In this document: in pieces, positions 51,562-62,102 of the stretch
Numbering within the stretch: the stretch's first letter is position 1
How the letters are laid out: every line of letters starts with the position of its first letter
From: Alphaproteobacteria bacterium
GTDB taxonomy: Bacteria; Pseudomonadota; Alphaproteobacteria; MPNO01; UBA830
NCBI GenBank assembly: GCA_964291215.2
Contig: OZ219791.1
Coordinates: 2,528,001-2,592,000, forward strand
Direction: 5' to 3'
Length of the DNA: 64,000 bases
Notes under the pieces: model-generated
What the model was told of the DNA's origin: nothing
Databases searched by the model: none
The model's input: the letters and a program-made list of their open reading frames with translations, nothing else
Program-made: the position numbers and the translations under genes

Positions 51562-52800
51562 ATGAGCGACAGGACCGACGGAATCAGGGAGCTTGAGATC
51601 AAGGAATTCGACCGGGCCACCTCGACCGCTAGCGTACTGGCCCGCGCCGAGCGCCAGAAGCGGGAGCGCGGCCTTGATGACGTGCTCGTCATCGATGTGG
51701 ATGCTCACCACTTCGAGAACACCTCGTGGGCCCGCGTGATCGAGTATATCGAGGATCCCGTGATGCGCCATCTGGCGCAGTCCTTCGAGCGCTCCGACGG
51801 CACCAATCCCGGCGGCCTTCTCAATGCCCAGCCGGGTCTTAATTTTCAGAACATTGCCGGAAGAATCCAGCACTCTGGAGGCTTCCGTTACGAAGAGGTC
51901 GACGACAAGACAGTTCATCCCGATATCGTGATGGCGCGGCGCTCTATGGATGCGCTCGGGATCGACTACCAGGTCATGTTCCCGACACCGATGCTTCAGC
52001 TCGGCCTCCATCCCAATCCGCAGATGGAGGTGGAACTCGCGTTCGCTTACAACCGCTGGCTCACCGAGGAAATCCTGACCGGCGACAACAGGGTGACGAC
52101 GATGATCTATCTGCCGTTCTGCGACGCAGATGCATCGCTGAAAACGGTCGAGGAGTTTGCGGACAAGCCCGGCGTTGTCGGCTTCAACATCACCTCGGTC
52201 CGGCACAAGCCGATCCACCACAACCAGTACATGAAGATCTATGCAGCGATCCAGGAGAGCGGGCTGCCGCTCGGCTTCCACGCCGGTCCGACTTGGCACG
52301 ACGAGTGGACGAGCCAGATCGACCGCTTCATCGGCGTGCATGCAATATCGTTCGTCCTCTGCAACATGGTGCATCTGACCAACTGGGTACTGGAGGGCCT
52401 TTGCGAGCGTTTTCCGAACCTGCCGGTGATCTGGATCGAGAGCGGGATCGCGTGGGTGCCGTTCATGATGCAGCGGCTCGACAGCGAGTACTTTATGCGC
52501 TCGTCGGAAGCGCCGCTTCTCAAGCGCCCGCCGAGCGATTACATCCGCGAGATGTATTTCACTTGCCAGCCGATGGAAACCCACGACCAGCGGCTGCTGC
52601 AGGCGACCTTCGAGGCGATCAAAGCGGAGACGCAGCTTCTCTACGCTTCCGACTGGCCGCACTGGGATTTCGATTCGCCGAGCGTGATCTGGGATCTTCC
52701 CTTCCTCGACGATCGGGCCAAGCGGAACATTCTGGGCGGCAATGCCAATCGGCTGTTCGGGCTCGCGCCCGAGGCCGACATCCGCATCGCCGCCGAGTAA
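51562..52800 (+). CDS. Amidohydrolase_2 family protein
   Basis: IDVDAHH, LGFHAG, WIESG.AW, YASDWPHWD, ILGGNA; GGAGG RBS before ATG 51562. Confidence 0.88.
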   Translation: MSDRTDGIRELEIKEFDRATSTASVLARAERQKRERGLDDVLVIDVDAHHFENTSWARVIEYIEDPVMRHLAQSFERSDGTNPGGLLNAQPGLNFQNIAGRIQHSGGFRYEEVDDKTVHPDIVMARRSMDALGIDYQVMFPTPMLQLGLHPNPQMEVELAFAYNRWLTEEILTGDNRVTTMIYLPFCDADASLKTVEEFADKPGVVGFNITSVRHKPIHHNQYMKIYAAIQESGLPLGFHAGPTWHDEWTSQIDRFIGVHAISFVLCNMVHLTNWVLEGLCERFPNLPVIWIESGIAWVPFMMQRLDSEYFMRSSEAPLLKRPPSDYIREMYFTCQPMETHDQRLLQATFEAIKAETQLLYASDWPHWDFDSPSVIWDLPFLDDRAKRNILGGNANRLFGLAPEADIRIAAE

Positions 52801-53013
52801 CCCGCGCGCCGCCGATTCCGGCCCGCTTTCCGTGCGCGGCGCGGACGGTGCGGAACGCAGCGGACGAGCCCGGAGCCGGGCCCGTTCGCCTGCTCCGCCG
52901 CGCGGTTTCCGGATGACCGGGCGGGCACACTGGCAAATACCTGAAACCCATGGCACTGACGACAGACATGGCCGGCCAGCGGCCGCTGGTCTCCCGGCCC
53001 CTCTCCTGATGCG

Positions 53014-55977
53014 ATGACGGCAGCTACCGAAAGCTGGATCGGCGCGCGCTTCCCGCGCAAGGAGGACGCCGCGCTGCTGACTGGCAATGCCCGCTTCATA
53101 GATGACATGGAGCCTGTTCCGGGCATCCGCCATGCCGCGATCCTGCGCTCGAATCACGCGCATGCGCGGATCGTTTCCATCGATGCGACGCGCGCGCTCG
53201 AGCTGCCCGGCATCGCCGGCGTCGTCACCGGCCGGGAGATCGCCGCTGCAATCAATCCGATTCCGAGCGCCGTCCGCGTGCCCATCGAATTCTATCCGGC
53301 GGCGGTCGAAAAGGTCCGCTATGTGGGTGAGCCGGTGGCGGTGATCATCGCTGAGGACCGCTATGTCGCCGAGGATGCGATGGAGCTCGTCGATGTTGTC
53401 TATGAGCCGCTGCCGCCCGCCGTCGATCCGATGTTCGCGCTCGCCGACGGCGCCCCGGTCCTTCACGATGCGGTCGGCTCCAACCTCGTGCATCACCGCA
53501 CTTTCCGATACGGCGATCCCGAGGCGGCCTTCGCCCGCGCCGACAGGGTCGTTAGGCTCGACTGGCGCTTTCCGCGCTATTCGTCGACGCCGATGGAAAC
53601 CTACGGGCTGGTCGCGCATTTCGAGCGGCGGCCGGACCGCTACACGATCTGGTCGAACTTCCAGGGGCCCTTCATCCTGCATGCGCTGATGACGGGCGCG
53701 CTCGGTGTGCCCGGAAACCGCCTCCGCCTGATCACGGCGCCGCATTCGGGTGGCAGTTTCGGGATCAAGCAGGCGGTGTTTCCCTACATGGTGCTCTTCG
53801 CCGCCTGCTCGCGTCTGGCCGAATGCCCGATCAAGTGGATCGAGGACAGGCTCGAGCATTTGGTCGGATCCTCGACCGCGTCGGACCGCGCCGACGCGGT
53901 CGAGGCGGCGTTCGCATCGGATGGCGAACTCCTCGGCCTTCGCTTCAGCAACGTCGTCAATGTCGGCGCCTACGTGCGGGCGCCGGAACCGGCGTCGGTT
54001 TACCGCATGCATGCGGCCTCGAACGGCTGTTATCGCGTGCGCGACATCGCCGTCGAGAACCGGCTCGCAGTGACCAACACGACGCCGATAGGCCTCAACC
54101 GCGGCTATGGCGGTCCGCAGTTCTATTACGCGCTCGAGCGCGTGATGGAGGCCGGCGCCGCCGAGCTCGGGATCGATCCGGCCGAGATCCGGCGCCGCAA
54201 CTTCATCGCGCCTGCGTCCTTTCCCTACGAGGCGCCGGCCGGTGCGGTCTACGATTCCGGCGATTACGAGGCCGGGCTCGACCGGGCGCTGGAGCTTGCC
54301 GGCTACGATGCGCTGAAGGCCGAACGCGGCGCTGCGCGCGCCGAAGGCAAGCTTTTCGGAATCGGAATGGCGGCGGGCGTCGAGCCGTCGGGCTCGAACA
54401 TGGCTTATGTCACCCTCGCCCAGACGCCCGAGGAGCGCGCCCGCGCCGGCGGCCGGTCGGGCGGGCTCGGAACCGCGACCGTGTCCGTCGATCCTTCGGG
54501 CTCGGTGACCGTCAGGACGGTATCGACGCCGGCCGGTCAGGGGCATCAGACGGTGGCGGCGCAGGTGGTCGCCGACGCGCTCGGCCTCCATCCCGACCAG
54601 GTCGATGTCGTCACCGAGGTCGACACGCTGACCAGCGCCTGGTCGCTGGCGTCGGGCAACTACGCCAACCGGTTCTCGTCGGTGGTCATCGACGCGCTGT
54701 CGGAGAGTGCCCTCAGGGTCGCCGAAAAGGTCAGGCGGATCGCCGCCGAGACCCTCGAGGTGGCACCCGAGGATGTCGAGCTGGTTGGCGGCCAGGCGCG
54801 GGTCGTGGGCGTTCCCGAAAAGGCGTTGCCATTCCGCCGCGTCGCCGCCCAGACCCACTGGCACCCCGCCGGGCTCCCGGAAGGTGCGGGGCCCGGCCTG
54901 TTCGAAACCGCGATCATCAACCCGCCGATGCTCGGCGCGCCCGATGACGCCGACCGGGTCGCGAGCGCCGTGACCTTCGGCTACGTGTTCGACCTCGCCG
55001 CGGTCGAGATTGACCCCGCGACCGGCGGAATCGAGATCCGCAAATACGTCACCGTCCACGATGTCGGCAACATCCTCAACGAAATCGTGGTCGACGGCCA
55101 GATCCACGGCGGCTTTGCGCACGGCCTCGGCGGCGCGCTTCTCGAGGAACTGGTCTACGACGCTGCCGGAAATCCGCAGACCGGCACCTTCGCCGATTAT
55201 CTCTGCATCACCGCGCCCGAAATTCCGGAGGTGACGATCGGCCATGTCACGACGCCGTCGCCCCACAACCGCCTCGGGGCCAAGGGGATGGGTGACGGAT
55301 CGTCCATGCTGGCGCCGACCGCGATCGCCAATGCCGCCGCCGACGCGCTCGGGCGTTTCGATGTCGAGATTCCGCTCACCCTGAACCGGCTGTGGGCGCT
55401 GGCCCAGGGCGACAGCCACGGGCGCGGCCCTGCAGAGGCCGCAGCAGCAGATGCCGCGGAGCCCGGCGCGGCCGCCCGGGGGGGGGCGCTCTCCGGCTCC
55501 GGCACGGTCGAGCTCTCCGCGCCACCCGAAACGGTGTGGCGGATGCTCCTCGATCCCGAGACCTTGGCCGCGGTGGTGCCCGGATGCCGCGCGCTCGAGA
55601 AGACGGCTGGGGATGTCTACACGGCCGAGGTCGATATCGGGGTTGCCGGAATCCGCGGCCGCTATGCCGCCTCGATCGAACTCCGCGACCTGCGTGAACC
55701 ACACAGCGCACGACTCGTAGGCACGGCCTCGGGCGCGCTCGGATTCGGTGCCGGGGAGGGTGTCGTCACCCTTGGGCCGGCGGGCAATGGCGGCACGCGC
55801 ATGTCCTACGAGTATCGGGCGGATGTCGGCGGCAAGGTGGCCGCCGTCGGCCAGCGTATGCTCGGCACCGTGACCGGTATCCTGATCCGGCAGTTTTTCC
55901 GTGGATTCGAACGGCGGCTGAAGCCTGCGGAGGGCGGCGGCTGGCTACGCTGGCTGCGCCGGGACAGGTCGCGATGA
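53014..55977 (+). CDS. hmfA: Molybdenum hydroxylase large subunit with C-terminal CoxG/SRPBCC domain; 2-furoyl-CoA dehydrogenase-like
   Basis: RKEDAALL.G, GGSFGIK, NRGYGGPQ, QGQ-type loop AGQGH, SGNY..RF, DGQIHGG, AKGMGDG; CoxG tail; order large-FAD-FeS-ligase-crotonase as in hmfABCDE. Confidence 0.75.
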   Translation: MTAATESWIGARFPRKEDAALLTGNARFIDDMEPVPGIRHAAILRSNHAHARIVSIDATRALELPGIAGVVTGREIAAAINPIPSAVRVPIEFYPAAVEKVRYVGEPVAVIIAEDRYVAEDAMELVDVVYEPLPPAVDPMFALADGAPVLHDAVGSNLVHHRTFRYGDPEAAFARADRVVRLDWRFPRYSSTPMETYGLVAHFERRPDRYTIWSNFQGPFILHALMTGALGVPGNRLRLITAPHSGGSFGIKQAVFPYMVLFAACSRLAECPIKWIEDRLEHLVGSSTASDRADAVEAAFASDGELLGLRFSNVVNVGAYVRAPEPASVYRMHAASNGCYRVRDIAVENRLAVTNTTPIGLNRGYGGPQFYYALERVMEAGAAELGIDPAEIRRRNFIAPASFPYEAPAGAVYDSGDYEAGLDRALELAGYDALKAERGAARAEGKLFGIGMAAGVEPSGSNMAYVTLAQTPEERARAGGRSGGLGTATVSVDPSGSVTVRTVSTPAGQGHQTVAAQVVADALGLHPDQVDVVTEVDTLTSAWSLASGNYANRFSSVVIDALSESALRVAEKVRRIAAETLEVAPEDVELVGGQARVVGVPEKALPFRRVAAQTHWHPAGLPEGAGPGLFETAIINPPMLGAPDDADRVASAVTFGYVFDLAAVEIDPATGGIEIRKYVTVHDVGNILNEIVVDGQIHGGFAHGLGGALLEELVYDAAGNPQTGTFADYLCITAPEIPEVTIGHVTTPSPHNRLGAKGMGDGSSMLAPTAIANAAADALGRFDVEIPLTLNRLWALAQGDSHGRGPAEAAAADAAEPGAAARGGALSGSGTVELSAPPETVWRMLLDPETLAAVVPGCRALEKTAGDVYTAEVDIGVAGIRGRYAASIELRDLREPHSARLVGTASGALGFGAGEGVVTLGPAGNGGTRMSYEYRADVGGKVAAVGQRMLGTVTGILIRQFFRGFERRLKPAEGGGWLRWLRRDRSR

Positions 55978-56855
55978 AACCGGTTGCCTTCGAGTACTGC
56001 CGGCCCGATTCGCTCGACGAGGCGCTCGATCTCCTGTCCGAGTTCGGCACCGACGCGAGCGTGCTCGCCGGCGGCCTGTCGCTTGGCGCGATGCTGAACA
56101 TGCGCCTCGTGCGGCCAGCGGCGGTGATCGATGTCAACCGGCTCGGCGAGCTCGGGACCGTGGAGGCGTCCGGCGGCGTCATCACCACGGGGGCGCTCGT
56201 GCGCCAGGCGGCGGCGATGGCGTCGACGGAGTTCGCCGACGGCCTGCCTCTCGTCGCCGAGGCGCTGCCCCATGTCGGGCACTACCAGACGCGTCCGCGC
56301 GGAACCCTCGGAGGGTCTGTCGCGCATGCCGATCCGAGTGCCGAGATCCCGCTCTGTCTGGTCACGCTCGACGGCACGGTCACGCTGCGGTCGAAGCGGA
56401 AGCGCCGCACTGTCCCCGCGGCCGAGTTTTTCCAGGGCGTGCTGACCACTGACCGGCGGCCCGAGGAGATGGTGATCGCGCTGGGTTGGCCGGAGCGCCG
56501 GACTAGCGGCTGGGGCTACGCTTTCGAGGAGATCGCACAGCGCCGCGGTGATTTTGCGATCGTTGCGGTTGCCGCGGCGGTGCGGCTCGGCGGCGACGGG
56601 CGCATTCGCGACATAACGGTCGGCCTCGGCGGCGTCGAGGACAGGCCGTTCCTCGCCGACACCGACGGCTGCGCCGGTCTGGCGGCCGATGTCGGCACCG
56701 CGCGAGAGATCGCGGAGGCTGCGGCCGCGGCCGCGGCGCCGGTGACCGATCTCCAGGCAACGCCCCGGTACCGTCGCGAGCTGGTGCGGGTGCTCGGAGC
56801 ACGGACGATATCGCGCGCGTTCGATTGCGCTCGCGGCGCGGCGGAGGCGGGATGA
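55974..56855 (+). CDS. hmfB: FAD-binding subunit of the Mo-hydroxylase
   Basis: MKPVAFEY, LAGGLSL, RGTLGGSVAHADP, RRGDFA. Confidence 0.75.
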   Translation: MKPVAFEYCRPDSLDEALDLLSEFGTDASVLAGGLSLGAMLNMRLVRPAAVIDVNRLGELGTVEASGGVITTGALVRQAAAMASTEFADGLPLVAEALPHVGHYQTRPRGTLGGSVAHADPSAEIPLCLVTLDGTVTLRSKRKRRTVPAAEFFQGVLTTDRRPEEMVIALGWPERRTSGWGYAFEEIAQRRGDFAIVAVAAAVRLGGDGRIRDITVGLGGVEDRPFLADTDGCAGLAADVGTAREIAEAAAAAAAPVTDLQATPRYRRELVRVLGARTISRAFDCARGAAEAG

Positions 56856-57346
56856 TGCTGAGAATCGGATCGGACCGGAAGGCGCGCGTCATGGTCACGG
56901 TGAACGGCAGGCAAATGTCGGGACATGCCGCACCGCGGATGCTGCTCGCGGACTTTCTCCGCCACGAGCTCGGGCTCTTCGGGACCCATGTCGGGTGCGA
57001 GCACGGCGTGTGCGGCGCCTGCACGGTGATCGTCGACGGCGCGGTGTCCAGAAGCTGTCTCCGCTATGCGGTGCAGTGCGACAGCAGCGAGATCCGCACG
57101 GTCGAAGGGCTGGCTGGCGATGACGGCGAACTCAACGCCCTGCAGCGGGCCTTCAACCGGCACGGAGCTCTCCAGTGCGGCTTTTGCACCGCCGGCATCC
57201 TGATGTCGGCCACGCGATTCCTGGAGGAAACGCCGGCGCCGACGCGCGAACAGGTTCGGGACATGCTGTCGGGGCATATCTGTCGTTGCACCGGCTACGA
57301 GCAGATCGTGCGCGCCGTCCTTGATGCGGCAGGAGAGAACTCATGA
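56852..57346 (+). CDS. hmfC: 2Fe-2S subunit of the Mo-hydroxylase
   Basis: GCEHGVCGACT, QCGFCT, HICRCTGY. Confidence 0.75.
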   Translation: MMLRIGSDRKARVMVTVNGRQMSGHAAPRMLLADFLRHELGLFGTHVGCEHGVCGACTVIVDGAVSRSCLRYAVQCDSSEIRTVEGLAGDDGELNALQRAFNRHGALQCGFCTAGILMSATRFLEETPAPTREQVRDMLSGHICRCTGYEQIVRAVLDAAGENS

Positions 57347-58881
57347 ATCTCGGCACCCTTTTCCACCGCAGCTGGCTGCGCGAGCCGGACGCGCTGGCTA
57401 TCGTCGACGATTCACGACGGCGCAGTTTCGGCGAGTGGTATCGCGAGATCCGCGCGGTCGCCGGCGGCCTGAGCCAGCGTGGCCTGGGCCGCGGCGACCG
57501 GCTCCTCGTGATTCTGGCAAACCGCTACGAGACGGCGACTCTCTACTGGGCCTGCCAGGTGCTGGGTGTGGTATTCACGCCGTTTAACTGGCGCGCTGGC
57601 GCCGACGAGATCGCCTATGTGATCGGCAATGCCGAGGCGGCCGGCATCGTGTTCGAGGCGCGCTCGCGCGAAGCCGCTGCCGGAGCCGTCGGCAGTCTCG
57701 GTGGCGCAGGGCTGACGACGTTCGATATCGATGACGGAGATTTCGATGCGCTCGCCGCCTCTCCCTCGGTCGACGGGCCGGTCTCCGTCGACGAACGCGA
57801 TACCTGCCTGATGCTCTACACCTCGGGCACCACAGGCCGGCCCAAGGGCGTGCCGCGCTCGCATCGCGCCGAGCGGCTGGCGGCAACCCACTGCATCGCG
57901 CTCCTGCATTACCGTTACGGGGCCTCGACGCTTGGCGCGATGCCGATGTTCCACACCATGGGCGTGCGGTCGATGCTGATGTCGGCCGTGCTTAGTGGCG
58001 CGCTGGTCTGCCTCCCGGCGTGGGATGCGGCGACCGCCATGGAACTTGTCGAGCGGGAAGGGATCGACACCCTGTTCCTCGTGCCGACGATGTTTCACGA
58101 CATGCTCCATCATCCTGATCGCGGCGCCCATGACCTGTCGTCGGTACGCAATCTTGCCTATGCCGGGATGTCGATGACCGCGGCGCTGACCGAGCTCTGC
58201 GCGCGGGAGTTCAGGCCCGATCATTTCACCAACTTCTACGGGTCAAGCGAAATCTTTACCTTCGCCGTCTGCGATCACGTGATCGAGAAGCCGGGCTGCG
58301 CCGGCCGCGCCGGCATCGGTCAGGTCATTCGCGTGGTCGAGCCCGACGGCGGTAGCCGGCCGGATGATGTCGTTGCCGCGGGCGCGTCGGGCGAGATCAT
58401 TGCGCCGATGGACGGGATGGAGGCGTTCGCCGGCTACTGGCGGCGTCCGGATGCCGACGCCAAGGCGATCCGCGATGGCTGGTACTTCACCGGCGATCTT
58501 GGCTATTTTGACGGGGACGGCGAGCTCTATGTCGTCGGCCGCGTCGACGACATGATCAATTCCGGTGGCGAGAACATCTATCCCGAGGAGGTCGAGGACA
58601 TTCTCGCGAAATCGCCGCTGGTCGAACAGGCGGCGGTCATCGGCCTGCCCGACGAGCGCATGGGGGCGCGGGTGGTCGCGTTCGTGGAACCGGCGGCACC
58701 GGAATGCACGGCCGAGGCGCTCGATGCCTGGTGCCTCGACAGCGCGCTCGCCCGCTTCAAGAGGCCGCGCGGCTACGCCTTCGTGAAAAACATACCGCGC
58801 TCCGCTTCGGGAAAGCTCCTGCGGCGTCTGCTGCGCGACGGAAGCTACGAGATGCTCGACGGATTCGAGAGCACGGTCTGA
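57343..58881 (+). CDS. hmfD: Acyl-CoA synthetase, 2-furoate-CoA ligase-like
   Basis: YTSGTTGRPKGV, PMFHTMGVRS, YGSSE, TGDLG, SGKL. Confidence 0.72.
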   Translation: MNLGTLFHRSWLREPDALAIVDDSRRRSFGEWYREIRAVAGGLSQRGLGRGDRLLVILANRYETATLYWACQVLGVVFTPFNWRAGADEIAYVIGNAEAAGIVFEARSREAAAGAVGSLGGAGLTTFDIDDGDFDALAASPSVDGPVSVDERDTCLMLYTSGTTGRPKGVPRSHRAERLAATHCIALLHYRYGASTLGAMPMFHTMGVRSMLMSAVLSGALVCLPAWDAATAMELVEREGIDTLFLVPTMFHDMLHHPDRGAHDLSSVRNLAYAGMSMTAALTELCAREFRPDHFTNFYGSSEIFTFAVCDHVIEKPGCAGRAGIGQVIRVVEPDGGSRPDDVVAAGASGEIIAPMDGMEAFAGYWRRPDADAKAIRDGWYFTGDLGYFDGDGELYVVGRVDDMINSGGENIYPEEVEDILAKSPLVEQAAVIGLPDERMGARVVAFVEPAAPECTAEALDAWCLDSALARFKRPRGYAFVKNIPRSASGKLLRRLLRDGSYEMLDGFESTV

Positions 58882-58967
58882 TCGGGGAACGGCTCTCCGG
58901 GGGGCATCTCAGCGGGACTATTTGATCGGCCGGGACGTCTCCCGGCCTCAATACGGAGAACGGGAAC

Positions 58968-59783
58968 ATGAGTGCAGAAAAATACGCGGCGCAGCGAGCC
59001 TCGGTGCTCGAGAACCTGGACGGCCTCAGCGTCGAGATCGACGCCGGGCGCAGGGTCGGTCATCTGGTGCTCGACCGCCCGCCGCTCAACATCGTCTCCT
59101 ATACGGGCCGGCGCCAGATCCGGGCCATCATCGAGGCGATGGACGAGGACCCGGACGTCGGGGTGATCGTCATACGTGGCGCCAACGGCGTGTTCACGTC
59201 GGGCGGCGACGTCAAGGCCTTTCCCGATATCCCGAAGAACAGAATGTCGGACCTGCACTGGAACATCGGCGCTCCCGAACGTGCCGAAAAGCCGGTGATC
59301 TGCGCGATGCAGAAATACGCGTTCGGGGTCGGCTTCGAGCTCGCGCTCGCCTGCGATTTCCGCTTCTCGACCGCAGATACGCTGGTCGGACTGCCCGAGA
59401 TCTCGCTCGGGCAGATGCCGGGCTCGGGCGGCAGCGTGCGCGTCGCGCGTATTGCCGGGCTCGGGCGCGCCAAGGACATGGTGCTGCTGGGCAAGCGCGT
59501 TCCCGCGCCCCAGGCCCATGAGTGGGGGCTGGTGACGGATGTTGCCGCCGATTCCGATGCACTCGCCGCGCTGGTGGACGACTATGCGGCGAGGCTGAAT
59601 GCCCTGGCGCCGATTGCGCTCGGTTCGTTGAAGAAGGTGCTCAATGCCGCCTACGACGCGCCGCTCAAGACTGCGCTCGAGGTCGAGGGACATTCCTACG
59701 AGAAGCTTCGCTGGACCGACGACTACATGGAGGGCACGCACGCCTTTGCCGAGCGCCGAAAGCCGGAGTTCACGGGCAGCTGA
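58968..59783 (+). CDS. hmfE: Crotonase-family protein, 2-oxoglutaroyl-CoA hydrolase-like
   Basis: LDRPPLNI, SGGDVK, WNIGAP, GVGFELALACDFR, GQMPGSGGS, EGHSYEKLR. Confidence 0.75.
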   Translation: MSAEKYAAQRASVLENLDGLSVEIDAGRRVGHLVLDRPPLNIVSYTGRRQIRAIIEAMDEDPDVGVIVIRGANGVFTSGGDVKAFPDIPKNRMSDLHWNIGAPERAEKPVICAMQKYAFGVGFELALACDFRFSTADTLVGLPEISLGQMPGSGGSVRVARIAGLGRAKDMVLLGKRVPAPQAHEWGLVTDVAADSDALAALVDDYAARLNALAPIALGSLKKVLNAAYDAPLKTALEVEGHSYEKLRWTDDYMEGTHAFAERRKPEFTGS

Positions 59784-59951
59784 GCCGACGCTGCGGGGCG
59801 CGTTGACGCCGCGCTGCCCGCCGGGCGGACGCCGGGTTGTAATTCCGCCCGTCGCCCCGTTACTCTTTGTCCCGGTGATGTTCGGTCCGCGCGGTGTGGC
59901 GCCAGCGGCCGGGTCGGGATCGCGGTGCGGACGCGATGGGGGGGGCGACGG

Positions 59952-60944
59952 ATGACGCGGGGACTCGGGATCCGTTTCGACGGGTTCGACCATGTGTCGG
60001 ACTCGCTCGAGGTCGTGCGCCAGGCAGAGCGAGCGGGTGCGAGCCAGATCTGGATGGCGGAACACATGGGCTATCGGGAGGCCGTTGCCGCCTGCATGGC
60101 CTATGCGCTGTCGACCGAGACCGCAATGGTGGTTCCGACCGCGGTCAGCCCTTATCTCTGGCATCCGACTCCGACCGCGATGTCGCTTGCGACCATGGCC
60201 GACATCGCCCCCGGGCGCGTCGGCGTCGCCATCGGCGTCGGCAATCCGCTGTTCCTGGGCGAATCGGGCATTGAGCCTGTGAAGCCGGTACGGGCGGTGC
60301 GGGAATTCATCGAATGCCTGCGGGCGCTGTGGACCGCGGAGCCCGTTGACTATGACGGCGAATTCTTCCGCCTTGCCGGAGCGCGCATGACGTTCGCCCC
60401 GGCAGAGCCCATACCGATCTATGTCGCGGCAACGCGCGAACAGATGCTGCGGCTGACCGGACGGATCGGCGACGGGGTCGTGCTCTCGGGCGGACTGTCC
60501 GTCGCCCATGTCCGGTACAGCCTTGGACAGATCGCCGACGGCGCGCGGGCGGCGGGACGGGATCCGGCTGCGCTCCGCAACGCCGCATTCCTGTATTTCT
60601 CGGTGTCGGAAGACGGGCGGGAGGCCGTGGACTATCTGCGCGGACGGCTTGCTTTCCTGTTCCGCAACCGCACGATGGCCGACAACATCCGCTCCTCGGG
60701 CCTTCCCATCGATCAGGAGGCCATTATCGACGCCGTCGCCAGGCGCGACATGGAAGCCGCGACGCGGCTGGTCCCCGACGATGCCGTCGATGCCTTTGCT
60801 GTCGGGGGCACGCCGCGGAACTGCCGCGACCGTCTTGAGGCCTATCTCGGCACCGGTGTGACCGAACCGGTCATCGAGATCAGCGGTTCGCCGGAGAGCC
60901 GGGAGCTCGCGCTCGGGATCCTCGGAGAGTTCGCGGCCGCCTGA
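59952..60944 (+). CDS. Luciferase-like (LLM) oxidoreductase, Mer-like
   Basis: IWMAEH, ALATMADIAPGR-like segment, YDGEFF, PIPIYVAA, GRIGDGV; start ATG 59952. Confidence 0.82.
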   Translation: MTRGLGIRFDGFDHVSDSLEVVRQAERAGASQIWMAEHMGYREAVAACMAYALSTETAMVVPTAVSPYLWHPTPTAMSLATMADIAPGRVGVAIGVGNPLFLGESGIEPVKPVRAVREFIECLRALWTAEPVDYDGEFFRLAGARMTFAPAEPIPIYVAATREQMLRLTGRIGDGVVLSGGLSVAHVRYSLGQIADGARAAGRDPAALRNAAFLYFSVSEDGREAVDYLRGRLAFLFRNRTMADNIRSSGLPIDQEAIIDAVARRDMEAATRLVPDDAVDAFAVGGTPRNCRDRLEAYLGTGVTEPVIEISGSPESRELALGILGEFAAA

Positions 60945-60995
60945 CGCGGCGGACCGTTTTCGGGCTCAGGCGGCTGCAGGAGGCATCGGCGCTTC

Positions 60996-62102
60996 ATGGG
61001 AATCCGGACGATAGCGATCATGGGCGCCGGCCATGGCGGCCTTGCCGCCGCCGCCGATCTGGGCGCGGCCGGTTTCGAGGTGCGCCTCCATGCGCGTCGT
61101 GAGGAGACCCTGACGCCGGTTCGCGAGCAGGGCGGCGTCGCGGTGCAGGGCGCGCGGACAGGTCTGGTCAGGGTCCCGGTGCTGACCACCGACGTGGCCG
61201 AGGCGGTCGACGGGGCCGACCTCGTGATGACGGTAGTGCCCTCGGTCGCCCACGGCGACTATGCGGCCGCGCTCGCGCCGCATCTGCGGCCGGATCTGCC
61301 GGTCTTTGTCAATCCGGGGCACACTGGCGGCGCCCTGCATTTCGTTCGCGAGCTGCGTCGCGCGGAGTACCGGGAGCCGGTGCGAACCTGTGAATCGGTT
61401 ACCCTGACCTATATCTGCCGCAAGACGGGGCCGGCAGCGGTCGATATCTTCTCCCATGTCCGCAACCTGAAGTTCGCCGCATTTCCAGGATGCCATGCTG
61501 GCGAGATGTTCTCGCTGATCAAGCCCCTCTATCCGGAGATCGAACTGTGTTCGAGCGTGCTCGAGACGGGGCTGACCAACATCAATGCCGTCTTCCACGC
61601 GCCAGGCATGCTGATGAACGCTGGCTGGATCGAGGATACGGGCGGCGATTTCCTCTTCTACCGGGAGGGCATCACGCCGGCTGTCGGCCGCGTCACCGAA
61701 GAGGTCGACCGTGAGCGCCTTCGCGTGGCGGATGCGCTCGGCGTGCCGTCCGCCTCGTTTCTCGAGAATTTCTGCCAAGCCGGACTGACCACCCGGGAAG
61801 CGGCCGACAGCGGCGACATTTCGCGGGCTTGTATCGAGAGCGAACCCAACAAATCGATCAGGAGTCCGCCGTCGCTTGATCATCGCTACATTCACGAGGA
61901 TGTTGGCTATGGGCTGGTGCCCTTCGCCGCGTTCGGCGATCTTGCGGGCGTGGAGACGCCGACCATTGATGCGATCGTTCATCTCTGCTCGGCGTTGACC
62001 GGCATCCCGTTCTTTGAGACCGGCCTCACTCTCGACAGGATGGGGCTGGGCGGGCTGACGTCTGGCGACCTCGCGCGTTTCGTACACGATGGTGTTGGTT
62101 GA
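60996..62102 (+). CDS. NAD/NADP octopine/nopaline (opine) dehydrogenase family protein
   Basis: GAGHGG Rossmann motif, NPGHTGG, NINAVFH, FLFYREGITP, HRYIHEDVGYGL. Confidence 0.85.
   Translation: MGIRTIAIMGAGHGGLAAAADLGAAGFEVRLHARREETLTPVREQGGVAVQGARTGLVRVPVLTTDVAEAVDGADLVMTVVPSVAHGDYAAALAPHLRPDLPVFVNPGHTGGALHFVRELRRAEYREPVRTCESVTLTYICRKTGPAAVDIFSHVRNLKFAAFPGCHAGEMFSLIKPLYPEIELCSSVLETGLTNINAVFHAPGMLMNAGWIEDTGGDFLFYREGITPAVGRVTEEVDRERLRVADALGVPSASFLENFCQAGLTTREAADSGDISRACIESEPNKSIRSPPSLDHRYIHEDVGYGLVPFAAFGDLAGVETPTIDAIVHLCSALTGIPFFETGLTLDRMGLGGLTSGDLARFVHDGVG

Noticed and set aside
51460-55704. 1414-aa minus-strand ORF
   Set aside because: Antisense shadow of the amidohydrolase and hmfA-like genes in high-GC DNA; no recognisable motifs.
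53014-57346. Aerobic CO dehydrogenase (coxLMS)
   Set aside because: Lacks the AYxCSFR active-site loop; CoA-ligase and crotonase context favours furoyl-CoA dehydrogenase.
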